This document shows, piece by piece, positions 22,029-36,000 of a stretch of DNA of 64,000 nucleotides. Positions within the stretch are counted from its first letter, which is position 1, and each line of letters opens with the position of its first letter. The notes beneath the pieces were generated by a model, which had not been told where the DNA came from, ran no database searches, and saw only the letters and a list, made by a program, of their open reading frames with translations. Position numbers and translations under genes: made by a program. The stretch covers positions 868,001-932,000 of the forward strand of contig JANHCV010000009.1 in the NCBI GenBank assembly GCA_025594325.1, in the 5' to 3' direction. Origin of the DNA: Blastocladiella emersonii ATCC 22665. Lineage: Eukaryota; Fungi; Blastocladiomycota.

Positions 22029-23857
22029 TCACGACTTGCACGAGTCACACACCGCCGCCGCCGCCGCGCGCCCATCCACAACATGCACGCCCAGCACCAA
22101 CCCCTTCCCGCCGCGGCGACACCCCGCACACCGCTTCTTGCCCTTCCACGCCCCGCGCCCGAGCCGCTTCACCGCCTCCGCCACCACCTCGTGCCCCTGC
22201 TTCGCAACCGCAACGCGATCCGGCTGCATCCCCTCGAGCTGCGCCCGAAAGTACCGCGCGGCGCCGAAATACGTCGGGACCAGGCTCCCCGTGAGCCCCG
22301 CGATCCCCTCGTGCTGCGGGCGCAGCGCCTCGCCGCCCTTGTCCATGCCCGCGAACGCCAGCTTGAGCGAGTTCACGAGCGTCGCGGCCTGCGCGACCTG
22401 CGCGCGCGAGTACGGGAGCGGGCAGTCCGGGAGGTCGGCGAGGAGGGTGGTGGTGGTGGTGGGGAGGAGTGAGACTTGCTGCGTGTGCGCGCGGATCCAG
22501 CGTGCACCGAGGTGTAGGAACAGGTTCGGCGTGGTGCGCAGTGTGGCGCAGTAGATGCAGGGACCGGTTGTGCCGCGGTACCTACGGTGGGAGCGGTGAG
22601 TGCGAGGTCGTGGCAAGTGAGCGGTCGTGAACGTACTCGACAGGAACCGCCTCAAGCTGCGGGTTCGCGAGGATACACCGCGCCGGGACCAAGCGCGACC
22701 CCTCACCCCCCCCCTCTCCTCCGAAAGCGGGCCGTCCGCGCGGTACAGCCCGCACCAGTCGTAGTACCCGTCGGGCTCACGGTCCTTGAACACGGCCCCG
22801 AACACCTCCGGCCCCACCACCGCGCCCACCACCGCCGACGGCCGTGGGAACAGCGGCACGTACCCGCCGGGGAACCGCACCTTGTCCTGCACCGTGTCGC
22901 GCATCGCGACGTTGTGCGTGTGAGGCGCGTCCTCCTCGTACGGCGAGTAGACCAGCGTGACCAGGGTCCCCGTCAGCTTGTGCTCGAGCTTGGTCACCTC
23001 GCGCGAGTAGTCCGAGACCGTGCGCAGCATCAGCGCCATGGCCTCGTACAGGCGCATCTGCGCGCGCGCGAGCAGCCGCGGGAGCTCGCCGACGGTTGAG
23101 CGCACGTGGTCCGCGATCTGCAGGAGCTCGGTCCCGAAGCGCGTCAGAAGGACCAGGTAGTACATGACGTCGCGCAGCGACGCGGTGAATGGGCGGCGCG
23201 CGCGGACGTTGGCGCTACGGTGGGTGAGTGAGTAGGGAAGGTGCGGGTGGGTGAAAACACACGCGGTGTGTACAGTTGGCGCTGGTACCAGCCGGTCGCC
23301 TCGGCGGCGAGCGAGATGACGAGCGCAAAGGTGGACGTCTGCGGGTACATGCGCTCGCGCGCGCCGCGGTGGGCGTCCTTGACGAGGTCGAGGCACGGTT
23401 CGGAGAGCGACGAGCACACGGGGCACGGCTCGCTGTTGAGGCCGCTCGTTTGGTTGTACACAACCTGTTGTAAGCGTCACCGGCGCACCGCGGACTTGGC
23501 TGAAAGGCGCACCTTGTTGATACAAAAGCAGTGCTTCCCCGAGCGCACATTGACACCCGGATGGTCCGCGAGCGCCGAACACTCGCACTTATCCGCCACT
23601 TTGCACCAGAGGCAGTACGGGTGCAGTTTGCCGTCGGTTTGGTACTCAAAAGCGCGCGACCCGTTCTCGACGACGATAATATCGCCTCGCGCGAGCAGCT
23701 TCTGCCCCGGATCGCCGACAACGACATTGAAGACCTCCTTGCTCGTGACAAAGCGGAGCCGCGAGGCGACGTCGTGCAGCTCAAACTCCTCCAACAGGTC
23801 GACGGGCACCAAGCGCGACACTCAGTCCGCCGGCTTGGGAAGCGGGTGCAGATGCAT
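22029..23857 (-). pseudogene. Cys-rich orphan protein, paralog 1 (in-frame TGA at codon 12; shorter than paralog 2)
   Basis: Exon-by-exon similarity to 24148-26521 (LARGDIIVVENGSRAFEYQ, HPYCLWCK, SLRDVMYYL, FPGGYVPLFPRPSAVVGA, GYYDWCG, HLGARWIRAHTQQV, terminal CxxC...CxxC). TGA at 23822-23824. Confidence 0.7.
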
Positions 23858-24147
23858 GTTCAGAAAGAGGTTTCAGCAAGTTACATGAAGGTGAGCAGGG
23901 TTAGAGAGGGGAGAGAGCGAGGAGACCCACAGCTTGGAGCCACGCTCGGAGGCTTCAACTTCAAGCGCCACCCGCGTGATAGATCGGCCCGCGCTGCGCC
24001 ACACAACCGAGGCTCGCAAGGCCGCGCCAATAGTCGAGCTGGAGGCTCTGTAGCGATGCAGAGACATGAATGATGATATAGAAAGACAGATGTTACACTG
24101 ATCCGAGCCTCGGCGGCGCGCGCGAGCCGCTGCGCGCCCGCGGCCGA

Positions 24148-26521
24148 CTACTTCTTGCCCTTCGGCTTCCGCGTCACGCGACGCTTACCCGCAGTCTTCG
24201 GCGCCGCCTTGCGCTCGGATGCAGTGACGGCAGGAGCGACGACAGGAACAGGGTTCGGGCTCGAGTCCGAGGGCGGCAGCGCGACGCACGCGTCACACAG
24301 GACCGCGCCCAGCCGCCGCACCGCGCCAACCGCTAAGGCGCCGCACCGGAGACACTTGGCGTCGCGGCCGTACGCGCTGTCGCCCTTGGCCGCCAAGCGA
24401 GCGTCGAACCGAGCCCCGCCCTTCACGACCACCGCGCGCGCGTCGGGGCTGCACGCAGCGACGCAAGCCATGGCCTTGCGAGCCGCGCCAGTAAAAGCGG
24501 GGAGAACGGAGAGCGCCAGTGGCTGGATTTCGCTGTTCGGCGGGTACGGGGCTTGGATGCAGAAGAACGAGCGGAACGCGTCGCGAGCGCAATTGAGCGC
24601 AGGACAGGCGTATGTGTCGCCAGTTTTGATCTGGTCAAAGAGCGCCGTTGCGTACTCGAGCGCGGCGACCTGGCGCGTGTGCGCGCGAATCCAGCGAGCG
24701 CCGAGGGCGAGGTGCAGCTCGGTCGTGCCCGCGAGCGCCTTGCACTGCACGCAGCTACATTTGGAGGGGAAAATTGTGTCAGCGACTTGGGGAACGAGTC
24801 GAAGCAGGTGCGTGACGTACAGCTTCGAGGGACGCGCGTGGTCGATGACGCAGTGCATCGAGTTGCTGATGGCACTGGGTGAGATCGACTTCTCCTGGCA
24901 AGCCCTGGTCGCGTCCGAGCGCGGCATGCCCGACCAGTCGGTGCAGTACCCGTAATAAGCAGCGCTCCAAGTCGGGCCGAGCCCGGGAACTATGGCCGCT
25001 GCAACCTCGCCGTACGCGAGGTCCGTCGGAAGCGGGAAGCTCGGGGTGATTGTCCCAGGGAAACGGACCGTTTCGAGCGGATCGTTGCCCGCGAGAGTGT
25101 CGTGGTGCCGCTGAGCGTACCCGCTCGGCCCTGGCCTCTGGTAATTGCAGTCGACCTTGAGCACGTTGCGGTCGGGAAGCTTGGCGGCCACGAGCCCGTG
25201 GTCGGCGAGGGCGGTTAGCGAGTGAGTGCTGGGTCGCGCACGTGTCGATGCGAGCGAGCGAACGCACGGCATCATCAGCACCCCTGGCATCAACGAGTCC
25301 AACTCCGGATTTTGCATGATGCACCGCGACGGGATTAAGATCGGGTGCACCGCTCGCCTCAGCGACGTGAGGTGAGCTCCGTCGGTCTGGAACAACCCGC
25401 ACCAGTCGTAGTACCCGTTGAGTTCGCGGTCCTTGAACACGGCCTTGAACACGGCAGGCCCGACAGCCGCGCCGACCACCGCAGATGGGCGCGGGAACAG
25501 CGGCACGTACCCGCCGGGGAACCGGAGCTTGTCGGCCGACGCGCTGAACAGCATCTCCTCGTGCTGCCCCGGGTGCGGCCTAAGGCTGAAATGGTAGCGA
25601 ATGAAGGTGCCAGTCATTTGGTGCTCGAGGTTGGTCACCTCGCGCGAATGGTCCGAGATGGCGCGCAGCATCAGCGCCATGGACTCGTACAGGCGCATTT
25701 GCGCGCGAGCAAGCAGTCGAGGGTGCTCGCCGATCGTTGAGTGGACATGGTCGGCGATCAGAAGCAGCTCCGTCTCGAAGCGCGTGAGCAGGAGCAAGTA
25801 GTACATGATGTCGCGGAGCGACGTCTCGAATGGTCGGCCAGTGCGGACATTGGCGCTACGCGATAGTCGTGTGTCAGTGAGATGGAGGACCCTTGCGTGG
25901 AAATGAAAGAAACGAACCACTGGCGCTTGTACCAGTCCGTGACCTCGGCGGCGAGGGTCATAACGAGCGCCAAAGTAGCTGACTGCAGGTACACTCGCTC
26001 GCGCGCGCCGTGGTGAGACTCCTTGATGAGATCAAGGCATTTGTCGGACAAGGATGAGCAGACGGGGCAAAGCTCGCCGCTGAGTCCGCGCGTGCGACTC
26101 TAAAAGAGCATACGCGCCCGATACGTCAGCTCCTGGCGATCCGCTTTGGAGCTAGCGGCAGGCGATGGACCTTGTTGATGCAGAAACAGTCCTTTCCCGA
26201 GCGCAAAGTCACAGCGGAATGGTCCGCGAGCGCGGAACAGGCGCAAGCGTCGGCCGTCTTGCACCAGAGGCAGTACGGGTGTAGCCCGCCGTCCGCTTGG
26301 TATTCCAAGGCGCGCGAGCCGTTCTCCACGATGATGATGTCGCCGCGCGCCAGCGCCGACTGCCCTCGCTCGCCCAAGATAGCCCCGAGCACTTCCTTAG
26401 TCGCGACAAAGCAGACGCGCGCCAAAACGTCGGGGTGCTCGCTTAGCTCAAACTCGTCCAAGAGGTCGACGGGAACCGCGCGCGACACGCAGGCGGCGGG
26501 GTGGGGAGACGGTTGCAGCAT
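24148..26521 (-). CDS. Cys-rich orphan protein, paralog 2 (multi-exon, internal repeat, putative zinc fingers)
   Basis: Conserved with paralog 1 with mostly conservative substitutions. Internal repeat FPGGYVPLFPRP...YYDWCG / FPGTITPSFPLP...YCTDWSG. Basic C-terminal tail. No known family recognised. Confidence 0.7.
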
Positions 26522-26895
26522 GTTAAGCAAGAAATCAAGCAAGATGCATGGGGTGGTGAGCGCTGTGCAGGGAGAGAAAGCGGCAAGCAGCCAAACTTCG
26601 CTTCGTCTCAAACGGTAAGCTGAGGGAAAGCGCCATCCGAGTCGTTACCAACGCGGCTGCGCGTTGTGCCACAGATCATCCACCGCCTCATTCGAGGTTC
26701 CTCGCCCTCAATAAATCGTAGTTGTTGACCGCGTATTCGGCTGGAGACAGTCATGGCGCGACGCGACGCGTTTCAAGTACACGTGAGTGGAGCATGAGCC
26801 AGCGTCGATCGGCGGGCTTCCCATGCGCTTTCGCGGTCTCTCGTGGGCGCTGTCGACAATCTGCTGCACCAGAAACCACTTAATGCATCTTGACC

Positions 26896-28053
26896 ATGTT
26901 GACTGCAGGCACTCTCGGCACTCGCGGCCCGCCCGGCGTCGCCCCGGCCTCCCGTGGACCGCGCGGACGGCGCGCTGGTCCTAAGAAACCACGCGTCAAG
27001 AAGGAGACTGTGTCGAACACACCGCAGGAGCAATCTGCCTCGCTCCGGTATGTTCTAATGCGTTTATGCGCAAGGTCGGCCAACTGACCTTTGTGTTGTG
27101 CGTGGTCGACTAGTTCGGGCAGCACTCTCAAACATGAACCGAAGCAGCAGCTTGAACCCCTCATGAGCGGTCTGGATCTCGACGATGAAGATGAAGAAGA
27201 TGAAAGTGGAGACAGGAGCGACGGCGAGGATGAAGATGATGCCGATGAGAACCCTTCGCCGCCCCTGCAGCAGCGCTCGCACCTGACGCCTTTCTTCCAC
27301 GAGCCCGACCCGGGCGCCCCGAAGCGGATGCGCCGCCTGAGGCGTATCTTCACGGCCATCAAGTCCAAGACGGCGTCTTCGAACGACGCGGCGACTGAGC
27401 CCGGCAATGACTCGAACCCATCGGCGACGCTCACGTATGACTTCCCCGTTGGCTTCTCCAACATCCATCTCGATCTTGCTGTCGCGGCCGTCGGCGGGAC
27501 TGGGACCCTCGCCACGCCCAAGGCCTCGGTCAGCATCGCTATCAGCGAGATCGATGTCGCGTCAGATGCCTCGAGTGGCACCGCGTCCATGGGCAGCGAC
27601 ATGACTTCTTTTGTCGAGATCAACGGCGGCGACCCGGAAGACGACGAGCCGCCCGGCGCCAAGCGCCGCGCCGTCGTCGTCTTCACGATGTGGTGCCACG
27701 CGACGCGGATCGCCGAGCACGAGGAGGACCCCCAGCGCACGCGTGCTGCTGGCCGCCCGCGCATCCATGTCAAGCACATCCGGGACGAGGCCATCAAGAT
27801 GCATCGCCACAATGCCAAGCTGCTCCGCGCCGCGGCCAAGAAGCGCTGCGCCGTCACCTACTACGACGAGGCTGACGCTGCCCAGACCCTCATGAACATG
27901 GCCCCCCTGCGAAGAGCTCAATCTCGGTGGATCGGACGGCGGCGAGTCGAGCGAAGACGAGGTCGAGCAGCTGCAGTAGGCAGGATGGTTGAGGGGAGCG
28001 GGCTCTTTTCATCCGGCCCCGGCTCGAGTTCCATAATCACAAACCGTGATTGA
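26896..28053 (+). CDS. Hypothetical protein (acidic and basic low-complexity N-half)
   Basis: Exon 26896-27048, intron with GTATGT...CTGAC...TAG ending ~27112, then ORF 27091-28053. The 3' structure is uncertain; more short exons may lie at 28.13-28.48 kb. Confidence 0.45.
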
Positions 28054-30049
28054 TCATTACGCATGACCATTTCTTGCTGGCCTCAGACTTATCGTTGCGG
28101 CGCGGACGAATCTCTCGCTTACAGAGCTCGCGCGCACTCGCCTTTGAGACCAAGCGATTCATCCCCACGGTCACGCACACGGCGCTGATCAAGGCAAATG
28201 CCGCCTTCGAGCAAGTGGCGTGCCGGCGGCTCTAGGCGGGTGTCTCGCCTGTGGTCATGAGCAAGTTCGACAGCAAGTTCGTCAACAATATCCGCACCGG
28301 CGTACGCGTCGCGGCCAATCCGCAGGTGCGAACTGAGCCCGACTAATTGTATGACGCACTAGTCCCGAAGCCGCGCTTCGTGATCGAGCCGTAGGTCCAG
28401 ATCAAGTACATCCGTACCCCGGCCCTCAAGTCGGAGGCGTTCACGCGGTGTTGGCCATAAAGAGCTGCAAGACGGACTCAAAGGCGATCGGTAACTCAAA
28501 CTGTCGCTCGCGGATGCGCAGGAGCCGGCCAGCGCGGTGCGCGGTGCGCGGTGTGATTCGCCTCGTGAAGCTCGGGCGCGGCGCGGATAACACCTGAACC
28601 TGCCGGTTCGCGGCGACCAGGGCGTGATGTGGGACCGGAGGACATAATGCAGCAAGTGAAAGGTGCTTTCCATTCGATGCGTTTGCGCCAGAGCGATGCA
28701 AGTGGAGGACAAAAGCGGGTGACTCGGCGCGACGTTCATGCCGACGCCCGGTTCACCAACGCCTCACCGCAGAGGCCGCGGCCAGCGCTTCGAACAGGCA
28801 AAGTCGGGCACAGTTGATGAATGTGTAAGACGGAGAAGCGTCGAGATTGCGTGAGCCGACGCGGCGGTCTGCGTTCGCACGGAGACGCGTGGACGCGCGG
28901 CAACGGGGCAACGGCGTGCGCGTTGCGTCGGAACGCGTCCTTTGACATCGAGAGGTCCTCGCCGGGTGCAAGCCCTCATTCTCGATCTCATGTAGCAAAA
29001 TGAAAGTTGGGCCTTGACGGACCCGCTGGCGCCGCGGGGGCCGCGGTGGGGTCGCGACGCGAGCGGCCCGCGTCAGGCCGAGACGGACGGGAAGCCACGG
29101 CATGGATCTCGCGGTCGGAGGAGATGGAGCGCATGAGATCTGGATGCGAGTGGTTCCGCGATGCGGGTGTAGAGAGTGGTGGCGATCGAGCGCGTCGGCC
29201 GTGTCGAAGCGAGTCCGCGGCGTCGTCTCGAAGCCGGATCCTCTCCCACATGGCTGACTCAGCGAGTAGTAGTCGACGTCTCGGAGACCATACGGTGTCG
29301 ATCAGGTGCGCTGTAGCCGCCCGAGCCGGCAACGGGGGCCCCGAACGCGCCGAGGCGGCAGCCTCTCGGGGCAGCCGCGTGAGCGACGTTGCGGGAAGTC
29401 GCACGGTTCATGGTGCCTCAAGACGCCTGTGAACGCGCCGGCGAGGGGAGAGATGGAGGGAGCGCGGGCCGCCGTTGAAGGCGAGTGTGGGAGTCCGCTC
29501 CGCCACGCCGAAAGCAGTGACGCCTCCCGCGCGAGTGTGGCGCAACGGGGGATCAGGCGCGTGCGCGAAAAAATGTCTCGCAGCGGCTGGAGACGCGTGT
29601 CTGCATCCAGAAACGCGTCGCTTCGACGCGTCAACCATCGCTCCCTTGACACAATACTCGACTCCTTGCGATGCCATCGACTTGACCCTCCCGCCGCGTG
29701 CCGCTTCGACACCACCCGCAACTGCTCGACGTGATCGCGGCCTGTACCCAGGTACACGCGTACCGACGCGCGGGCGGACTGCGCGCTCATCGCCGCGGGG
29801 CGCGGTGCCGGGTTCCGTGGAGCGCGACTGCTCATCGCACGACAAGCCGCGCGACAAGACACCCTAGCCGCCGCGATGCCGAACACGTCGTGGCTGCGGA
29901 TCGCCAGCGGTTCATTAAGTGCCGGTATGCAGCCTCTCGCGCGGGCCGCTCGTCGTGAACGCTAACGCGCGCGTCCGCTCGCGCGAGCAAGCACTCAAGC
30001 ACACGCTCGCCAAACTCGGGATCTTTTGGCCAACTCGTCAAGCTCGTCA

Positions 30050-33000
30050 AGTAAACCGTGTGCCGAGATGCAGGTCAAACTCGAAATGGGTCGCGTTCCA
30101 GCGGTAGCTGCGGCTCGAATTTGGTACGACCGTTTACGGTATCCCTTGCCCGTTTCGCTCTGACCTGGCTCAGCTGTGTGTAGGGACGACCTCGAGCTTC
30201 CTCTCGGCCGTGCTGACGGCGACTGCTCCGCGACCATGACCTGCTTGCTGCTCCTCGTGCCCGGCCACTTCTCGCAGCATGCTCCCTTCTTTCCGGCATT
30301 TGCCTCAAGCACGGAAGCGGTACGTGTCCATGGTCTCGTCCTGGCAGCCCTCGCATCCGTCGCTCACTCGCGGCGTACGACCGTGTAGAAGACGTTGCGC
30401 GGCTACGCGTACGCGTGCAAGTTCAAGGTCCCCTCGCCCGAGTCGCTCGACTACCGCAACACGCTGCTCCGACACGTCAAGTCGACCACGCTCACGCTCA
30501 CGATCAGCGTGCGGCGTGTCGCTCGACCCCTACGTCGCAAGTCCAAGACGGAGACGTACAGTATCTGGTGCGGGACGTGTCGTTCTTGCCTCAACGGGAC
30601 CCCACCGATGATCACTCACATCTTGCTGCTGCTGCTCGCCAGATCCTCGCCGTGTCTCTCGATTCCAACAACTGGCGTTCCACGGTAACACGCGACGGCC
30701 GAGAAACAGCACGCACGCGTTCAAGGGCGGTTGCATCGGCCGTGGGCCAGCTCGCGCCTCTCGTCAAGAAGCTCGACACACACACTCGTTCGAGGACTGG
30801 CTGCTCGCTGATCGAGATCCAGGGCGCAGCCATGGTCATGGCCAGCACGTCGCCCGGGCCGCGGGTCGTTCAGCAAGGAGCGGCAGCAGTCCAAGCCGAC
30901 GACCATCCACATCCATCCCCGAGCTCACGCGCGCCGAGTCTACGGCGAGCGAGCGAATGGCATCAAGGTACGAGTAAGCGCCCGCCGCCATCCACAGAAT
31001 CGTGACGCGTCTCTCAATACTAGGACGAGTACCCCGCGTGCCACCAACCTCACGCTCTCGTCGTCGCCGAAGCTCAACTTCCTCTGCTTCGACTACTTCA
31101 AGCTGCTGCGGGCGCCTCGAGGTCGCTCGCTCCAGGACTGCAACGGCCGCTGCCACCATCTCGATCCTCGACCGCGGTCCATGGCCAAGCTCACGCTCAA
31201 CATGGTGCTATCAACAACTGCAGCTCGGCTTCTGCGACTCAACTTCCGTGACAACGCCACGCGCGCGCGGTGGTCTTCCCTGTCAGTCGACAACCACCAA
31301 GCACCGGCCAGCCACGGCACGACGCGCCGCGCCGCGACGCGACGCGAACGACCAGCTCAAGTCAGCGTCACGCGCCACGCGGCGGGGTCGGAGGTCAACA
31401 TCAACCTGGGACGTGTCGCACTGGATCTCTCACTCGTGCAAACATGGCCGATCGCTCAAGACTTGCTCGCCCTGCGCTCTGCGCTAGAAACCCATCGTGT
31501 GTGTGTGTGGCTCGACCAGGTACTCGCGCGACGGTCTGACCGACCACTCTCTCGCAGCGAACGATTTCGTTGCCGCCATGTCCATGGCCCATCGCGTGCG
31601 TCCGCGTCGTCGTGATCCCGCCTCGCGCCGTCAGCGCTCCAAGTCGATCCAGGTCAACGTCATCCGCGCCCTGCCGACATTGCCGTGTTCGCGTCGGTCG
31701 CCGCCGCCGCGCCAGTGGGCGGTGGTACTACCACTCCGAAGGTACGCTACCGATCTCCTGCCGCCGCGTCGTCGCGGGAATATGACTCGTCGGTCCAGTC
31801 CAGAAGACTGGAATCCCCCGAACGGAACACGGCCGGCCGAGGTCCGTCGGAGCGCGACAGCAGCAGCTACGACTCCGACTGCTACAGCATGCACTCGGCG
31901 CGCATCTCGGGTACGAGATCGAGATCGAGATTCGCAACTCGTCGCTGTCAGCAACCTCGGCTTCGTGCAGCAGCGGCGATGGCCACGAACTACACTACAC
32001 GATCGAGATGAACGACGGGATCGACTGCGAGCTCATCACGATCAACGAGAGTCGACGACGACTTACGGCACCAACGAGTCGACCGACACTCAGCAGCACT
32101 CGAGCAGCAGACCTGGAGCGTGTCGCATTCTTCTTTCCCTCCACCACACCCGTGCGCGCGAGTCCGGGATCGCTGACATGTGTTTTCCGCAATTGGTAGA
32201 TGGCAGCCGCGCGACTTGTCCTCGCTCACATCATCGACCCGACTCGTGTTCGCGCACCGTACCGCGTCCGACGACAAAGTGTCGCGTCGTCACTCGCTCG
32301 CGGCCAGCTGCTCTGCTCGCCTCGTACTCGTACACGGACGGCCTCGGCTGCATCTCCACCACCGCTCCGAGTCATCCACGCGTTGACCGAGACAAGGTCA
32401 AGCTCAAGGAGAACCGCGGCCGCATCGGATCACACGACAGCTAGATGATGTCGGTACGCGTGGCCGAGACGAGACGAGATCATCCGCATGACGGCTCATA
32501 CTGACCGAGCCGCGCGACTGCATCCACCGTGTAGCCGACTCGACCGGCTTCGAGTCCTTCTTCCTCCGCGCGCCCGTACTCGCCTCCATCTTCGACTCTG
32601 CCGCCGCGACCAGCGGTGCTGCGCGACAATCACGACTTGCTTCTGTGACTGTGCACTCCATCACTTCTGCGCGTAGTGGAAGCGAATACGGCAGACTGAC
32701 GCGTGCGAACTTGGTTCCTCCGAGTAGGCGCTGCACGCTCAACAAGGGCTGTCGATCGATCGTATCGCCACCGTCGCTCCTCCTCTCTTCCTCAAGCGTG
32801 TCCGGATCATCTTCCTCATGGTCGCCCATCTGCTGCTTCGGCAACCTCGACGCCCTCGCCACGCATTCGCGTTCGCCATCGTCCAGCCCAGCAGCACGTG
32901 TCCGTGGCCTCGCGCCGTGGCCATGGCCGCGGAGGGCATCGACTATGGCTCATGACCCGCGCGCGACATGATCGGGCTCGGAGCGCGCGACACGAACCAA

Positions 33001-36000
33001 CGACTCTCATCCTCGAGCTACGCACCCGCACGCTCGAGTCCAAGTCGTTGTCGTGGTCGTGTCGGCGGCGGCGCAGCAGGTCGTCGTCCATCATGGAACG
33101 TGTTTTCCTGGGCCGCCGCAACTCCCGCTCATTAGCCGATGATCGATCACTCACGCCTCGCTCGCCCGCTGCGCTGCACTAGTAGAGCTGACTCCTGGTC
33201 CATCGTGCTTCGAGTCGAAACGGCGGCAATCCGGCGACGACGACTGCCCGCTTCGCGAGCAGCATCAACGACGCCGTGGTCAACAAGGCTGCGATGCGCG
33301 CGTCAAGCTCTTCTTCCTCCACACGTCGGCCTGCCTCCGCTACTCGATAGCAAGCTTGCCGCGCAGCACGGCGACCAAGGCTCAGGTGGCGAGCGATACT
33401 TTGGTGGGAGGGTACGCGACAAGCCGCTCCCTCGCTCGATGACTTGCCACGGATGCTGACAGCTCGCCCGAGTCTAGTGTGATTCGACGACATGAGACCG
33501 CGGCACGCGACGACCGGCCGACGCGCGCTTCGTTCTGCGGCCGCGAGCGACGTTGGCGGCTACGTCTTCTTCTTCCGCTCCGAGCTGGGCTCGGCGGCGC
33601 GTCGCGGTTCGGCGGGTCAAGGTCAAGGGGTCTCGCTCTCCTCCTGGGCGACCTCGACTTTGCTGTGGCCAAGAACTCGATTGTGGCGGTGGTGCGGAAC
33701 GGGTGCTTCTACGACGCGCCGCGCGAAACGATCAACCTCCTGCTCACGTTCTTTGAGTTCCACGAGCCCGCAGCATCAGCACCGGTGGCTCGTGACGCGC
33801 GTGTCGAGTACCCGGTATGCAGGGCGACTGGGATCCACGCGGTACGTCGATGGCCATTGATCGCCGCCCACTCGCCCACGAGATGACTGACTTCAATGCG
33901 CGCCTGAACGTAGTCCCGAGTCAGCAACAGTAGCAACTGCGGCGTTGACGGAACGCGACTCAACCATCCGCGCGACTCATCTCGCTCCTCGCGTCCTCGA
34001 TCATGTTCGGCGGCGCTTTTGCTACATCTGGTACGAAAAGGGCACGCTCCGCGACGTCTTCTGACGCGACGCACGTCGTTCCAGGCAGGCATCCACGCCC
34101 CTCCTCCTCAACGTCCGGCTGGTACGTGCTCCGATTCGTGGCGCTTTCATCGAAACGCGTCGCCGTCGGTGATCGATGCGTCAAGCTGCAGGTCAAGTTC
34201 GACTTGGATCGCGTGGATCCCGATGCGGCAGCAACGACTCGGTGACGGTACGCACGTTTTGACGGCAGCCATCGCTCGGCTTGTCACTGACCTGGGTCGG
34301 CGGCTTCCGCGTAGCAGCGACAACTTCAAGCTCGCACTCGGGCGTACTGGCTGCGGCCGTGACGGGCTGTCGCGCGGCCATGTGCCGTTCCTCGTGTTTC
34401 TCGCCCAGTTCTCGCAGCAAGGCCGCTTCCTCTCGACGTTTGCCTCTCAAGCAGAGCGACGGTACGAGTTTTCATAGTCTCGTAGTGACCGCCACGCACT
34501 CGTCGCTTACCCACGTCCGATCCTGTAGCAACCGTTGCGCGGCTGCCCGCGGCGGGGGTTGTGCGCGCAAGTTCGAGGAACCGAGTCGCTCGACTACTAC
34601 GGCAGCACGCGACAACGACGCCTCAAGTCGGCCGCGCTCGACGCTCACGTTCAACATACGGCATGACGCTCGACGCTCGACGCCCTACCGACCGCGCGGC
34701 GGTGCGGCGCGAGTCCAAGTCGGCGGGCGGGCGGCGTACATCGCCCTGCATGGATGGTACGCGTGTCGATTCGCGTCGGTCGCCACGTAAGTATGAACGA
34801 TGATCACTCACCTCATTCTGTTGCTGTATTTCTCCAGATCCTCGCCGTGTTCCGCGATCGAGGCGCTGGCGCTCCTCGGCGACAACACACCACGACCGGG
34901 AACCAGCACGTGCGCGTTCAAGGGCGGCGGCAGCATTGGGCGTGGGCCAGCTCTCGCTCATCTTCAAGAAGCTCGCGCTCACCGAGAAGCTCGACGCAAA
35001 CCCGCTCGAGAGCTCACTCGCTGTTCGAGATCGAGCGCGCGGCCATGGCCATGGTCGTGGTCATGAAGACTCGCTTGGGCCGCGGGTCGTCCAGCAAGGA
35101 GCAGCAGTCCAAGATGGCCATCGTCGTCGTCCATCCCCGAGACCACGCGCACCGAGTTCAAGCCGAGTCGAGGGGTAGCGTATGGTACGCGCAAGGCGCT
35201 TGCTGCCACCCACAGAATCGTGACTGACGCGTCGCTCATGGCTAGGGCGAGTACGACGCTACGACTTCTCGACCGACCGATACTACGCGCGGCGCCGGGT
35301 CGAGCCGGGTCGAGCCGGGCTATACCTCACGTACTCGTCGCCGTCGTCGAAGCTCAACTTCCCCCTCTGCGACGACTTCAAGCGGCAGGGCGCCTCGGCG
35401 TCGGTCGTTCCGGAACTGCAACGGCCGCCGCCATCTCGGTCGTCGGCAGCGGTCCTCGGCCCAGCTGACTCAACACGGTACTCTCAACAACTGCGACTCG
35501 GCTTCTGCGAGTCGACTTCATCGACTTCATCGACTTCCGCGACAACACACCACGCGCGCGTCGACCTCCAAGCTCCGGCCAGCCACGACACAACGCGCCG
35601 CGACACGGACGACCAGCTCAAGTCGGCGGCGAGCGTCACACAGCGGGGTCGCAGGTCAACGTCAACCTGGGACATGTCGCACTGGATCTCTCACTCGTGC
35701 GAATATGGCCGATCACTCACGCACTGCTCGCTCGCCCTGCGCTCTGCGCTAGAAGCCCATTGTGTGAGCCTCGACCAAGTACTCGCGCGTCTCTCTCTCG
35801 CGAGCGCTTCCGCTGCCGTCATGTCCATGGCCATTGCGTGTGCGCGCATCATCGTGATTCCGCCTCGCGCTAGCGCGTCAAGTCGATCCAGGTCAGCATC
35901 ATCGCGCACCGCCGACGTTGCCGTGTGCGCGTCCGCCGCCGCTGCACCAGTGGACAGTGCTACCGCTACTACTGCGGAGGCACGCTCCGGATCCTTTGCC

